Source: Elusimicrobiota bacterium
GTDB taxonomy: Bacteria > Elusimicrobiota > Elusimicrobia > UBA1565 > JACRDR01
Reading direction: 5' to 3'
Length of the DNA: 64,000 bases
Assembly (NCBI GenBank): GCA_041694815.1
Contig: JBGFSC010000007.1
Location: forward strand, 1-64,000
Each line of letters starts with the position of its first letter. The stretch's first letter is position 1. Made by a program: the position numbers and the translations under genes. The notes below the pieces were generated by a model. That model was not told the DNA's origin. It was given only the letters and a program-made list of their open reading frames with translations, and made no database searches. Below are positions 10,087 through 19,628 of the stretch, piece by piece.

Positions 10087-11881
10087 GCTCCTCTTCCAAC
10101 CATTGCCTGATCTGCGCGTTGTTCTCAGCGTACATCGCCGTGCAATGCCGGCAGAACGGCATCATGGTTCCTTCAAGCATGCTCTTCCGGTATTCTTCCG
10201 CGTCCCCCTCGACCCATGCCTGGCGGAAAGGGACGTCGCGCAGGTTGATCCGAGACTGGTGCGTCTCCTCGGCGTAACAACAGGGCACCAGATGGCCTGC
10301 GGGCGTTACGGCCGCCTGATGCCAGGGATAATAACAGGGAACGCGTCCCACTGCGGCCGCGTCATTCGCCCGGTATACTGAGCTCGGATTGATTGCGGAA
10401 GCGTAGAGGGATTGGAGCACGGCGCGATTTCTCAGGCGGACGTCGTTGATCTTAGCCAATTCTTCTGGCATGAAGGGAATACGGCAAATACGAGAGATGA
10501 ATCGGGCCATGCCGTCGAGTTCCTGCGCGCTGAACGTTTCCGCTAAGAAAAGGTCGGAGGACCGTATTAAGCGGTTGAAGGCCTCAATAACGCGTTCTTC
10601 TTCCGGTGAACCCCGAGATCGATCGCCTAGAGACTCAGACAAGGTATCGTTGAATCTCCCGGGTTTGCGCACAAGCTCTAGAAGCTTCCGCAGATCGAAG
10701 TCGCCCTTCGAAAAGAATGGAAAAGTCGTATCATGGCGCTGAAAATCGCCTTTGCGGATGAACAGCTCGAAATTCTGCCGAATCCCATGCCGGTTAGCCC
10801 GCTCGATGAATCCGGGAAGCAGCTCTTGGAGCCGCGTGAGATCAGCCTCTTCCATCAACAACGCCTTGGCTCCGTCGTGCCGATGGCTATGACGGGTCTC
10901 ATAAGGATAGAGCGCCTGAAGGATTTTCCGGTTGATGAGCCCGACACGATCGACCTCGATAGGCCTGCCACCCGAAAGGTCGGCGCGCAAGGCCTCCACC
11001 CGTTCGCGCGTCGCCGAGTCGAGGATAAGGGCCGCGGTATCGACCCGTTCGCATAAATCCGGAGAATATTGAAGAGCGCGGAATGCGCTTATGACGAACT
11101 CTTCCCGCATCGCGTCGAGTCGGTCGCGGCCCACGCCCGCGCTGCTCTCTAAAGCTTCCATGACAAGTCGATTGGACGGCGAGTCCGCTTTCAACGTCTC
11201 TTTTAACGCGCCCAGGTCGAGATCGCCGCGATCAAAATTGGCGGGCCAGCGAAGGCTCATCGTATCCAGCTCGATCAGGCTCACCCCATGGCGCGCGGCT
11301 AGATCGATATATTGGCCCAATTGGCGGTAATTTTTCTTCGTCAGAACGCAATGGAATCCAAGCTGCGGATTTTCCGGCGCCGACTTTATCGCGCGGAAAC
11401 GCTCCAAGGCTTCGATGATGCGTGAGAAAACCCCTCGCTTCGCGCGAAGCTCGTCCTGCACGGCCGCATCGGCGCCGTCCAAACTGAAGTTGATCTGATC
11501 CCAGCGGCACGAGGCGAATAATCGGCAAAACCCCTCGTCCATATGCGTGCCGTTGGTGACCAAGGTGCCGCAAGCGCCATAGGACTTGATCAGAGGGATG
11601 ATTTCGAAGAGCAGGCTTCGCCGCAGCAGCGGCTCGCCTCCTCCCTTGATAATAACGGACTTGGTGCCCATCTCCAGCGCGTCGCGCACCATTTGGACAT
11701 ATTTTCCGTTCGGTATTTCGCGATGCTCGGCGTAGAAGGCCTTAAGCTCGTCCTGGCGCCTGCAGAAGATGCAATTGAGATCGCACGCCATCGTCGGGTT
11801 CAGCTGCAGGGTATAGGGCGCCTGGGGACGGCCTCCTTCGATCCACTCCTCTAGGCGCCGTACCAGCTCCTGATTTTTCAT
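10076..11881 (-). CDS. Radical SAM/SPASM protein with two copies of an inserted ~110-aa domain
   Basis: CDLNCIFC, GGGEP, TNG, CYYPW...PCC...CRHC. Start placed at MKNQELV (11881). Confidence 0.9.
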   Translation of the reverse strand: MKNQELVRRLEEWIEGGRPQAPYTLQLNPTMACDLNCIFCRRQDELKAFYAEHREIPNGKYVQMVRDALEMGTKSVIIKGGGEPLLRRSLLFEIIPLIKSYGACGTLVTNGTHMDEGFCRLFASCRWDQINFSLDGADAAVQDELRAKRGVFSRIIEALERFRAIKSAPENPQLGFHCVLTKKNYRQLGQYIDLAARHGVSLIELDTMSLRWPANFDRGDLDLGALKETLKADSPSNRLVMEALESSAGVGRDRLDAMREEFVISAFRALQYSPDLCERVDTAALILDSATRERVEALRADLSGGRPIEVDRVGLINRKILQALYPYETRHSHRHDGAKALLMEEADLTRLQELLPGFIERANRHGIRQNFELFIRKGDFQRHDTTFPFFSKGDFDLRKLLELVRKPGRFNDTLSESLGDRSRGSPEEERVIEAFNRLIRSSDLFLAETFSAQELDGMARFISRICRIPFMPEELAKINDVRLRNRAVLQSLYASAINPSSVYRANDAAAVGRVPCYYPWHQAAVTPAGHLVPCCYAEETHQSRINLRDVPFRQAWVEGDAEEYRKSMLEGTMMPFCRHCTAMYAENNAQIRQWLEEEHGS

Positions 11882-11888
11882 AACGCGG

Positions 11889-12800
11889 TCAGGCGTTCTG
11901 GAAACGCTCCGCCTGGTCCACCAGGAATCGGTACTCCCATTCACAGTGATCGGATCTGCAGAGTTTGGGTGAATCCCACAACCGGAGTTCGTCGTTGATG
12001 AAATGCCCCAGCGGCTCCCAATCCTTGCCGGAATACTCGACGCAGCGGTATACCCGGCCGTCGTCTTCGATGCGGACATGCTGGTAACCCGTGCGGCAGA
12101 GACGACCCTTCGGTGATTCGCCGGCTAGCATCTGTTGGACGAATTCTTTATGAGGGACGTTCTCCCTACTGCCCTCTATATTCACGGTCGCCCCGGCAAT
12201 GAGGGCTTTTTCAGCATCGCTGTAGGCTCCCGGATACTGCCGGCCGTTATAGAAGCCTTGGAACGGGTTGACGACGAACGTCAAACCGTGTTGAGCGAAC
12301 TCTTCCCTGAAGCGTGGAATTCGTCCCAACAGATCCGGATAGGCGACGAGACGATGGATAAAATCGAAACCGCGCTGGCGGATCAGTAAGGCCTTTTCGA
12401 GGAACGGCCGCGTTTCCGTACAATGGGGATGGAAGCTTGTCTCGAAGCGCACGCGCCTGGGGCTGACTCGGCCAAGAAAGCCATCGAGTTCTTCGTTGGA
12501 CCAGGAAAGGTTCGTGTCGAAGGCGATCCAAAACATGCGGCTCAGCTCTTCCACGAGTTCTGCGAAACGCGGATAAAGAGTAGGTTCTCCGCCAGTGAGG
12601 ATGATGTCGCCTTCACCATATTTTTCGTACATGCGCCGCCAGGCGGTGAGCCATTGCTCGGGGCCATAATAATAGCCTACCTTACGCCGGTCCATCGGCA
12701 CCTGGCCATAGACGCAGTACGGGCAGCGATAGTTGCAGCGGCCCATTACCATCCAGAAATAATTGACCCGCCTGGCCGCCGGCCAAGATTTTTTATCCAT
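11889..12800 (-). CDS. Radical SAM protein, short paralogous family
   Basis: CNYRCPYC, GGEP, TNLS, SFHP, VAYP, CRTG...RC...CRSDHC. Confidence 0.9.
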   Translation of the reverse strand: MDKKSWPAARRVNYFWMVMGRCNYRCPYCVYGQVPMDRRKVGYYYGPEQWLTAWRRMYEKYGEGDIILTGGEPTLYPRFAELVEELSRMFWIAFDTNLSWSNEELDGFLGRVSPRRVRFETSFHPHCTETRPFLEKALLIRQRGFDFIHRLVAYPDLLGRIPRFREEFAQHGLTFVVNPFQGFYNGRQYPGAYSDAEKALIAGATVNIEGSRENVPHKEFVQQMLAGESPKGRLCRTGYQHVRIEDDGRVYRCVEYSGKDWEPLGHFINDELRLWDSPKLCRSDHCEWEYRFLVDQAERFQNA

Positions 12801-13476
12801 TGTTCAGCGGCACCTTTTGCTTTATGGAGGACAGGTATAGGCCGAGGTCGATAGCTAGCCGCACAAAACGCTCCCTCCTATCCTCGCGAATGGCAGCGGT
12901 GTTGGCGCCGTCCTTGGTATGCCAATCCGTATACCAGTGGGTACCCTCTTTGGGGGTTACGACAACCCCGAAGCGGTCGCGCTCATTGTAGACGGGGGCA
13001 TAGCTGTTGATCCACATGCTGGCCATGCTTCCGACCGCATCGATGTAGGGCGCGTTACGCGCTAAAAAATCAAGAGTATCCTGAAAATATTCCTCGGTCT
13101 CCCCTGGGAAACCTACGATGAAATTGACGCAGGTGCCGATGCCCGCCGTTTTTAGGTCTTTAAAAATCCTTTCGGCATCCCCAATTTTAAATTTTTTTCC
13201 CATGGCATCGAGAACCGGTTGCGACGCACTTTCTAGGCCGAAGTTCACCGCACAGCACCCTGCACGGCGCAACTCAGTAATCACGTCGGGAATCATTCCG
13301 TGGTCTAAGCAGTGTTCCTTTACATGGGACGGAGAAGTCCGAAATAAATCCCAGTTTAAGTCTACAACCTTAACATCATAACCAGCGGCCTTTATGGCAG
13401 CATCAACGTGACCGAGGCCGATATCGGGAGGATACGGCAAGGTCACACACGGCAAACGGAGCAGGCATATCTTCAT
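12793..13476 (-). pseudogene. B12-radical SAM homolog with a large in-frame internal deletion (no CxxxCxxC)
   Basis: The first ~55 aa of a B12-binding domain run directly into the C-terminal barrel half (GLESAS, GFPGETEEYF); 227 aa versus 460-550 aa for most siblings. Confidence 0.65.
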
Positions 13477-13478
13477 CT

Positions 13479-14624
13479 CTAAGACACCGCGGGCGCCTTC
13501 CAGCGCGACTCCCATCGGGACTCCTCGCCGACGATCATGCAGCGGTCGCAAGGGCAAGGTTCGTAATCGCACATGGCCGGTTCCTCCAGAAGCTTGAAAT
13601 TATCGTCCAAGAACAAGTTGCCAAGATACACCGTCTCCTTGAAGAGGGGAGAGGGCCTATCATCGCGAAGTTGCGCGCAACAACGGAAGGCGTCCCCATT
13701 GGCTCTGACCTTGGCATATTTCTGCCCCTGCCGGCAGAGAACCGGCTTTCTCGGCGACTCCGCGGTAAAGCACGCGCTCGTTTCAGATGCCACTCCAGCC
13801 ACCTCTGTGGAGGCGCGGAGGGCTTTGCCGACCGCCACGGCATCCCATTCGACCGGCTGCGAGGATTTTTCCCAAGGGCTCGACCGCCACTGCACGGGTG
13901 CGGAGGCGATGGGAGCCTCACCCTTCGCCTTGCGGTCCGCGTCGATCTTATTAAGCAGCTTACCGGCGCCGCTCTCGTTGGGACTGCCTCCCCATGAGAA
14001 ACGGGCGGCGCTCAAGCGGCTGTCCGCCCGGTCGTTGGCGAAGGAACGGTTGATGATCTCTTTCTGCTGCTCGGTATAGCCCGCCGGATAGGGCGTCTCC
14101 TTCTTATAAATGCCGGTGAACGGGTCCACGTAAAACTCAAAGCCGGCCTCATTGACGCGCCGCTTATATTCCGGCATTCCATCGAGCTGGTCGGGATAGG
14201 CCACGAAATTGACGAAAAGGTTGGGAATCCCCTTTTCCTTCAAGTACACGCATTTCGAAAGGAATTTTTCGAATTCAGAGAATTGGGGGTGGTAGGAGGC
14301 GCCAATGAACATGCGCTTTAAATCTACCATTGAAACGAACTTCTCAACGTCGAAGGACAAGTTCGTCACCATTGTTACGGTATGCCGACTTAGCATCATC
14401 TTTATGAAGTCGTAAAAATTCGGGTATGTGCTACATTCACCCCCAGCTATCTGTATATGGCAGGGGCCGTAAATCGCGTGCATACGTTCCCAAATGGCCG
14501 TCAAGCGCTCTAGGCCGGGAAATACGTTCATCGGATATTGATTCTCCCAACCACTCGAGGTATAAAAGCAATATGAACAGCGGTAATTGCATGTATAAAC
14601 GAGCTCCCAATCGAAAAAGACCAT
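13479..14624 (-). CDS. Radical SAM protein, short family with extended Cys-rich C-terminus
   Basis: CNYRCSYC, TNLS, SYHP, CRQG...RCC...CDYEPCPCDRC; GGAGG RBS upstream of ATG 14624. Confidence 0.9.
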   Translation of the reverse strand: MVFFDWELVYTCNYRCSYCFYTSSGWENQYPMNVFPGLERLTAIWERMHAIYGPCHIQIAGGECSTYPNFYDFIKMMLSRHTVTMVTNLSFDVEKFVSMVDLKRMFIGASYHPQFSEFEKFLSKCVYLKEKGIPNLFVNFVAYPDQLDGMPEYKRRVNEAGFEFYVDPFTGIYKKETPYPAGYTEQQKEIINRSFANDRADSRLSAARFSWGGSPNESGAGKLLNKIDADRKAKGEAPIASAPVQWRSSPWEKSSQPVEWDAVAVGKALRASTEVAGVASETSACFTAESPRKPVLCRQGQKYAKVRANGDAFRCCAQLRDDRPSPLFKETVYLGNLFLDDNFKLLEEPAMCDYEPCPCDRCMIVGEESRWESRWKAPAVS

Positions 14625-14626
14625 AA

Positions 14627-15310
14627 TCACACCTCCAATAAACGAGGGGCCACCGCCGGCAATTCCCGCTCCTTGCTCCGTGGAAGTAAAAACTCCGCGG
14701 CATAACCGCGCTCCAGACACGCCCGCACGAAACGCCCCGCCTCTGACCTTAAGCCGCACACAGACCCGAAATGGATCGGGACGACCAGCGGGAATTTTGG
14801 CCCCATTGCTTCCAAGGCCGCAATTCCTTGCGCCGCGTTCATATTATAAACGGAGTCGATCGGGAAAAAAGCGACGTCGGTGATGAGCCCAGCCATCGCC
14901 TCATGTAAACATGTATCACCGGCGTGATAGATGCGGCGTCCATTCACTTCGACTAAATATCCGAGCCACCCCTTCTCCTTCGGATGATAGGGTGAATCGG
15001 GCGAATATGCCGCCAGTGCATGAACCGTCACGCCCGATACCTTTTCGGTCTGATCCGGAGCCATCGGAATCTGGTTGTATTTAAACTTTGACACGCAGTC
15101 CGGAGGCCCAACGATGATCGTCTCGGGTCTCGCTATTTTGGCGACATCGGTGGGAGAACAATGGTCGAAATGGGCATGCGTTATCAAGATCAAATCTGCC
15201 TTAGGGAGATCTTCGTCCATGTTAAACGGATCGATGTAGATCTTCTGCGGCCCATCAATCAAAAGGCTCGAATGCCCCAGCCACAGCAAGTCCTCTAATA
15301 AAGAATTCAT
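14627..15310 (-). CDS. MBL-fold metallo-hydrolase (UPF0173/UlaG-like)
   Basis: WLGHS, IDP, THAHFDH, YHAGDT, PIHFG. Confidence 0.9.
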   Translation of the reverse strand: MNSLLEDLLWLGHSSLLIDGPQKIYIDPFNMDEDLPKADLILITHAHFDHCSPTDVAKIARPETIIVGPPDCVSKFKYNQIPMAPDQTEKVSGVTVHALAAYSPDSPYHPKEKGWLGYLVEVNGRRIYHAGDTCLHEAMAGLITDVAFFPIDSVYNMNAAQGIAALEAMGPKFPLVVPIHFGSVCGLRSEAGRFVRACLERGYAAEFLLPRSKERELPAVAPRLLEV

Positions 15311-16212
15311 CGCGAGACCCCCGCTGACCCATGTCGATCCATCATTTCGTCCGTCAGCCATCGATATTCCCACTCGCAAAAATCGGACCGGCAAAGCCTA
15401 GGGGCCTGCCATAAGGAAAACCGCTCATCAAAAAAATTACCCAAAGACTCCCATTGTCGCCGAGCGTATGGCTCGCATCGATAGACGTTGCCGTCGTCTT
15501 CGATTCGTATGTGGAGATAACCGCTGCGGCACAGTCTCCCCTTGGGTGAATCGGGACGCAGCATACGTTTAACATAGGCCTTGTGAGGTGAGTCGGCCGC
15601 GCCGTCGTCCAGATGGGCCGCGCACCGCTCGATAAGCCGGCGCTCGGCATCCGTATAGGCTTCCGGGTAGCGGCGACCGTCGTAGGTGCCCTGAAAGGGA
15701 TTCACAATGAAGGTCAGTCCGCTTGATTGGAACAACTCTCGATAACGCGGTACTTGAGCCAACAACGGCGGGTAAGCGACCACCCGATTGATGTAGCCAA
15801 AACCCGATTCTGCGATCAATCGCGCTTTTTTGATATACGTTTCCGGATCCGTCGAATCCGGATGAAAGCTGAGTTCGAAGCGTACCGCATTCGGACTGAC
15901 CCGGCGCAAAAACTCTGCTAATGCCTCTTCCGTCCACGAGAGGTTCGTATCGAACGCAACGTAAAACCAGGCGCTGAGGCGCTCAACCATGCCGGCAAAA
16001 TTTGGGAATACGGTTGGCTCGCCGCCCGTAATGAATATGCTCCCGGAGCCGTATTTCTCATGGGCACGCTCCCAGGCCGCCAGCCACTGGTTGGCCCCGT
16101 AACGCAGCTCGTCCTTGCGTCGATCGTCGAACTCCCCCATACCGTAAACGCAGTAAGGGCAGCGGTAATTGCATCGTCCCAGCAGGATCCAAAAGTATTC
16201 TATCTCACGCAT
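15307..16212 (-). CDS. Radical SAM protein, short paralogous family (close paralog of 11889..12800)
   Basis: CNYRCPYC, GGEP, DTNLS, SFHP, CRSG...RC...CRSDFCEWE. Confidence 0.9.
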   Translation of the reverse strand: MREIEYFWILLGRCNYRCPYCVYGMGEFDDRRKDELRYGANQWLAAWERAHEKYGSGSIFITGGEPTVFPNFAGMVERLSAWFYVAFDTNLSWTEEALAEFLRRVSPNAVRFELSFHPDSTDPETYIKKARLIAESGFGYINRVVAYPPLLAQVPRYRELFQSSGLTFIVNPFQGTYDGRRYPEAYTDAERRLIERCAAHLDDGAADSPHKAYVKRMLRPDSPKGRLCRSGYLHIRIEDDGNVYRCEPYARRQWESLGNFFDERFSLWQAPRLCRSDFCEWEYRWLTDEMMDRHGSAGVSR

Positions 16213-17278
16213 TGGGCGCCTTGACCGGGAACTTCGGATGATTGGCGGACTGCCATAAAAGCTCGACCTTTTCCTCATACTTGCCTGCCACCATGGGCTT
16301 CCAGCAGCTGCAGCTCATCACGGTACATGGCTCGGGCCCCTCGTAGAGGCGGAGATTGGGGTCGGTAATATGCCCCAAGATCGAGACGCCCGTGTGGCAG
16401 CAACGGCGCACCGTTCCGTCCGAGTATATCTTGGCGTACATCTCCCCCATATGGCAGGGAACTCCCATGAAGTTTTTTTCGTCGGGCTTCGCCTTGGCGT
16501 AATCCTGCCATTGCCTATTGAGCGTCTGGCCGAGCATATCGGGAGACTTTTCCACCTGCATGCCCAATAACGCTTTTTCCTCGTCCGTGTAGGCGCCGGG
16601 GTAGCGCTTTCCCTCATAGACACCATTAAACGGGATGATCTTAAAGAGAATCTGATTCTTCTCAAACATCACCCGCGCCTCCTCAACACGGTTGAGCATG
16701 GGCGGATATGCGACCAAGGAGGCGGAAATAAGCTGATTTCCCTTTTCACGCAGGACAAGCAGCTTCTCCATGAACGCCTGAGGATCCGTATGTTCTAGAT
16801 GTAGGCTGCCTGAGATTGCGATGCCCTCCGAGGGAACCTTCTTGATCCACTCGTGCACGTCGAAGCTCAGGTTCGTCGTCACGTCGACGGTATGCATCCG
16901 CAGAATCATCCCCACGAGATCGATGTAGTTCGGGTAAATCGTCGGTTCGCCGCCGGCGAAGCGCACCTGGCAGCAGCCGTAAAGTTTGAATATTCGCTCC
17001 CAAATCTTCTGCCATTCGATGATCTCAAGGATGAGATATGGCGCGCTCTCATTATGCACTACGCAATAGCTGCAGCGATAATTGCAGGGCTGCAATATCT
17101 CCCAATTCCAATGGACCTTATAGGGAGCGGACCGCCGAGGAAATAACGGCCTATACTCATCTTCCTTGTGCGCGATCGCAGAATCCAAGACGCCGTGCGC
17201 GGCCATATCGCCGTCCGGGACCATCACATGGTGTTTACCGGAGCCGCAACCGCTGCAGCCCGTCTCGCATGCACCCAT
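16205..17278 (-). CDS. Radical SAM protein, short family, with Cys/His-rich N-terminal extension
   Basis: CNYRCSYC, GGEP, TNLS, CHMG...RCC...CTVMSCSC; N-terminus MGACETGCSGCGSGKHH; AGGAGGAG upstream. Confidence 0.9.
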   Translation of the reverse strand: MGACETGCSGCGSGKHHVMVPDGDMAAHGVLDSAIAHKEDEYRPLFPRRSAPYKVHWNWEILQPCNYRCSYCVVHNESAPYLILEIIEWQKIWERIFKLYGCCQVRFAGGEPTIYPNYIDLVGMILRMHTVDVTTNLSFDVHEWIKKVPSEGIAISGSLHLEHTDPQAFMEKLLVLREKGNQLISASLVAYPPMLNRVEEARVMFEKNQILFKIIPFNGVYEGKRYPGAYTDEEKALLGMQVEKSPDMLGQTLNRQWQDYAKAKPDEKNFMGVPCHMGEMYAKIYSDGTVRRCCHTGVSILGHITDPNLRLYEGPEPCTVMSCSCWKPMVAGKYEEKVELLWQSANHPKFPVKAPNA

Positions 17279-17286
17279 TACTCCTC

Positions 17287-18678
17287 CTAACTCCCAACGA
17301 GAGTCTGGCTCGTTTTCAGGTTCACAGAATACGAGCTATCGATAACCTCTAAGCCAATCTCTAACGCCCATTCTTTCAATCGCTCGGCCCGACGGCGACC
17401 CAGACCTTCATCGATGGCGCCGAAAAGCTCCGGACGCCTGTACAGCAGGCTGGGATCCTCCGCCATCGCCGGCGAGACACAAATGCCATCGATCGACGAT
17501 CCATTTTTCTCTACGAAGTCCAAGGTGTCTTGAAAATCAGCTTCCGTTTCTCCAGGAAAGCCGGGAATGAAGGAGGCGATGCAGCGGATGCCAGCGGCAT
17601 TCGTATCTCGCAAAACGTTTTCTGCGTCGCTAAGCGCGAAAGGCTTGTTCATCGCCCGCAGCACTCGCTGGGAGCCGCTCTCAATACCGTATACGACCTC
17701 GCGGCAGCCGGATCGATGCCAGAGCGCGAAAAGCCCCGAATCCATTTCAGGCTTGATCGCGGCGTTAATGTTCCAGGTGATGCCGCGGTCCGCGACGCCA
17801 TATTCCAGCAGCATCTCACTGAAGCGAGATAGGCTGGCGGCGTTTCCGTTGGCCATGATATCGTAAAAGCGTAAATGCTTGCCTCTCCGATTTTGTCCGA
17901 GAACCATATTGACATCTTGAAAAATGCGGTCGCCACTCTTAAAGGAGAATTTCGCCCAGTATCCTCGGGAACCGCAGAAATGACAGCTCCAGGGACAGCC
18001 TCGGCTTGCGGAGATGGGCACCTGGATCGGATTGGCGTAGCTTTCCCACGAGAGGCCGGAGAAATCGAGTAGCGGAGAAATATCTAGGTCGAAGGTATAC
18101 GGCACTGGACGACCGCCTCGCACGATCCCCTCTTTGGATTTGACGTACATCCCCGGTAATGGTATCCAATGGCCCGATGCCACGAACAAGCCGAGCATCT
18201 TTGGAAAGATGTCTTCGCCAACACCCGAGACGACTATATCGACGGCTGGGTGCCGAATAAAGATATCCACCTGCGCTGGATCCGTAAATAGCGGACCGCC
18301 GACCACAACGGTGGATAGAGGGCTCCGTTTTTTTATGCGCCGGGCCGTCTCTAACGTCGCCCATTGGGAACCAACGGCGGCGGTAAAGGCGATGACATGG
18401 GGATCCTTTTTTAGCATCTGCTCCACATGCCTTTCGATCTGCCCTTCCGCGTTTTCGAAAAAGGAATTTACCCACGCTGAATCGTTCCAGAGAGCCAGCT
18501 TGTTCCATCCCCAATACTCCTTTTCCTTCAGGGAGGCCTGCCGCCACAGGGCGACGTTAAGGTCGTAGGGCAGAGGCTCAAGGCCACAATGCGTGACACA
18601 GCCTGCCATTTGTGCGAGGCCCAGTGGCGGGTCTTCGACGCCCCATACAGGGCACTGGATCAACGCGACGCGTATCAT
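17287..18678 (-). CDS. Cobalamin-binding radical SAM protein
   Basis: PPLGLA, VVVGGP, SRGCPWSCHFC, GIESGS, GFPGETEADF. Start at the ATGA overlap. Confidence 0.92.
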   Translation of the reverse strand: MIRVALIQCPVWGVEDPPLGLAQMAGCVTHCGLEPLPYDLNVALWRQASLKEKEYWGWNKLALWNDSAWVNSFFENAEGQIERHVEQMLKKDPHVIAFTAAVGSQWATLETARRIKKRSPLSTVVVGGPLFTDPAQVDIFIRHPAVDIVVSGVGEDIFPKMLGLFVASGHWIPLPGMYVKSKEGIVRGGRPVPYTFDLDISPLLDFSGLSWESYANPIQVPISASRGCPWSCHFCGSRGYWAKFSFKSGDRIFQDVNMVLGQNRRGKHLRFYDIMANGNAASLSRFSEMLLEYGVADRGITWNINAAIKPEMDSGLFALWHRSGCREVVYGIESGSQRVLRAMNKPFALSDAENVLRDTNAAGIRCIASFIPGFPGETEADFQDTLDFVEKNGSSIDGICVSPAMAEDPSLLYRRPELFGAIDEGLGRRRAERLKEWALEIGLEVIDSSYSVNLKTSQTLVGS

Positions 18679-19628
18679 GAGCTGCGCTCCGCCGCCGGCT
18701 CCAAACGCATCACCGGGCTTAGGGCTTTCCGCAATTTCCAGTTCTCGAGCAGGAAGGCGTATTCGCCGCAGCTGCAATACTCATAGGGGCATGCCTCCGG
18801 GACTGGATGCAACTGAAACTCGGGATCGAAGAGATTTCCCAGAGGCCTTTGTCCGAAATCCTGTCCGCAGCGGTAGACATCTCCGTTCGCCTTGATATTG
18901 CCGTACACATGCCCTGCCGCGCAGGGCTTGCCTTTCGTACGTCTGCGTTCCAACCGATACTCGAATTCCTCCGGCAATAGTATAGTCTCACCTAATAGGG
19001 CCTTTTCCTCGACAGTATAGGCGGCCGGGTAGTCCTTACCCTCATAGCGACCCTGGAAAACCAAGGTCGTAAAAGGAACCTTGGGAAGATACCGGCTCTG
19101 ATCCTCGAAGAATTCGCGCCACTCGCGGATCTTAGAAAAGAAAGGCGGCCAGGCGACGATGCTGACATGCGGCTCGAAGTTCCGGTCGCGCAGAAAGTTT
19201 ATTTTTTCTACGAATTCTTCCCAGTGTGCGAATTGCGGGTGGTAGCTACCTGCAACATGCAACCGATCAGGTTGGATACCATCCACAAGCCGGCCTAATT
19301 CCTCCATGGAATTGGACAAGTTAGTAGTAATCGATACGCGATGCCACTGCGTCAAGCCGCGGAAGAGTTCTATGGCGGACGGGTAGCGCATCGGCTCCCC
19401 TCCGATGACGTCGATGCGCACGGAGCCATATCGGTCGTAGATGCGCTTCCAGCATTCGAGCCATTTTTCAGGCGGCAAGATCAGATGCTTCTTGGCAAAC
19501 TCGGCCCAACTATTGTCCATCTCGTACCAGCAATAGGAGCAGCGATAATTACAGGCATACCAAAGATCCCACGTGAAGGAGATGCCGTCCCACTCTTCGT
19601 TAAGCCACCACCGACCCCTTTCGCTCAC
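18675..19628 (-). CDS. Radical SAM protein, short paralogous family
   Basis: CNYRCSYC, GGEP, TNLS, SYHP, CAAG...RC...CPYEYCSC. Confidence 0.9.
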   Translation of the reverse strand: MSERGRWWLNEEWDGISFTWDLWYACNYRCSYCWYEMDNSWAEFAKKHLILPPEKWLECWKRIYDRYGSVRIDVIGGEPMRYPSAIELFRGLTQWHRVSITTNLSNSMEELGRLVDGIQPDRLHVAGSYHPQFAHWEEFVEKINFLRDRNFEPHVSIVAWPPFFSKIREWREFFEDQSRYLPKVPFTTLVFQGRYEGKDYPAAYTVEEKALLGETILLPEEFEYRLERRRTKGKPCAAGHVYGNIKANGDVYRCGQDFGQRPLGNLFDPEFQLHPVPEACPYEYCSCGEYAFLLENWKLRKALSPVMRLEPAAERSS

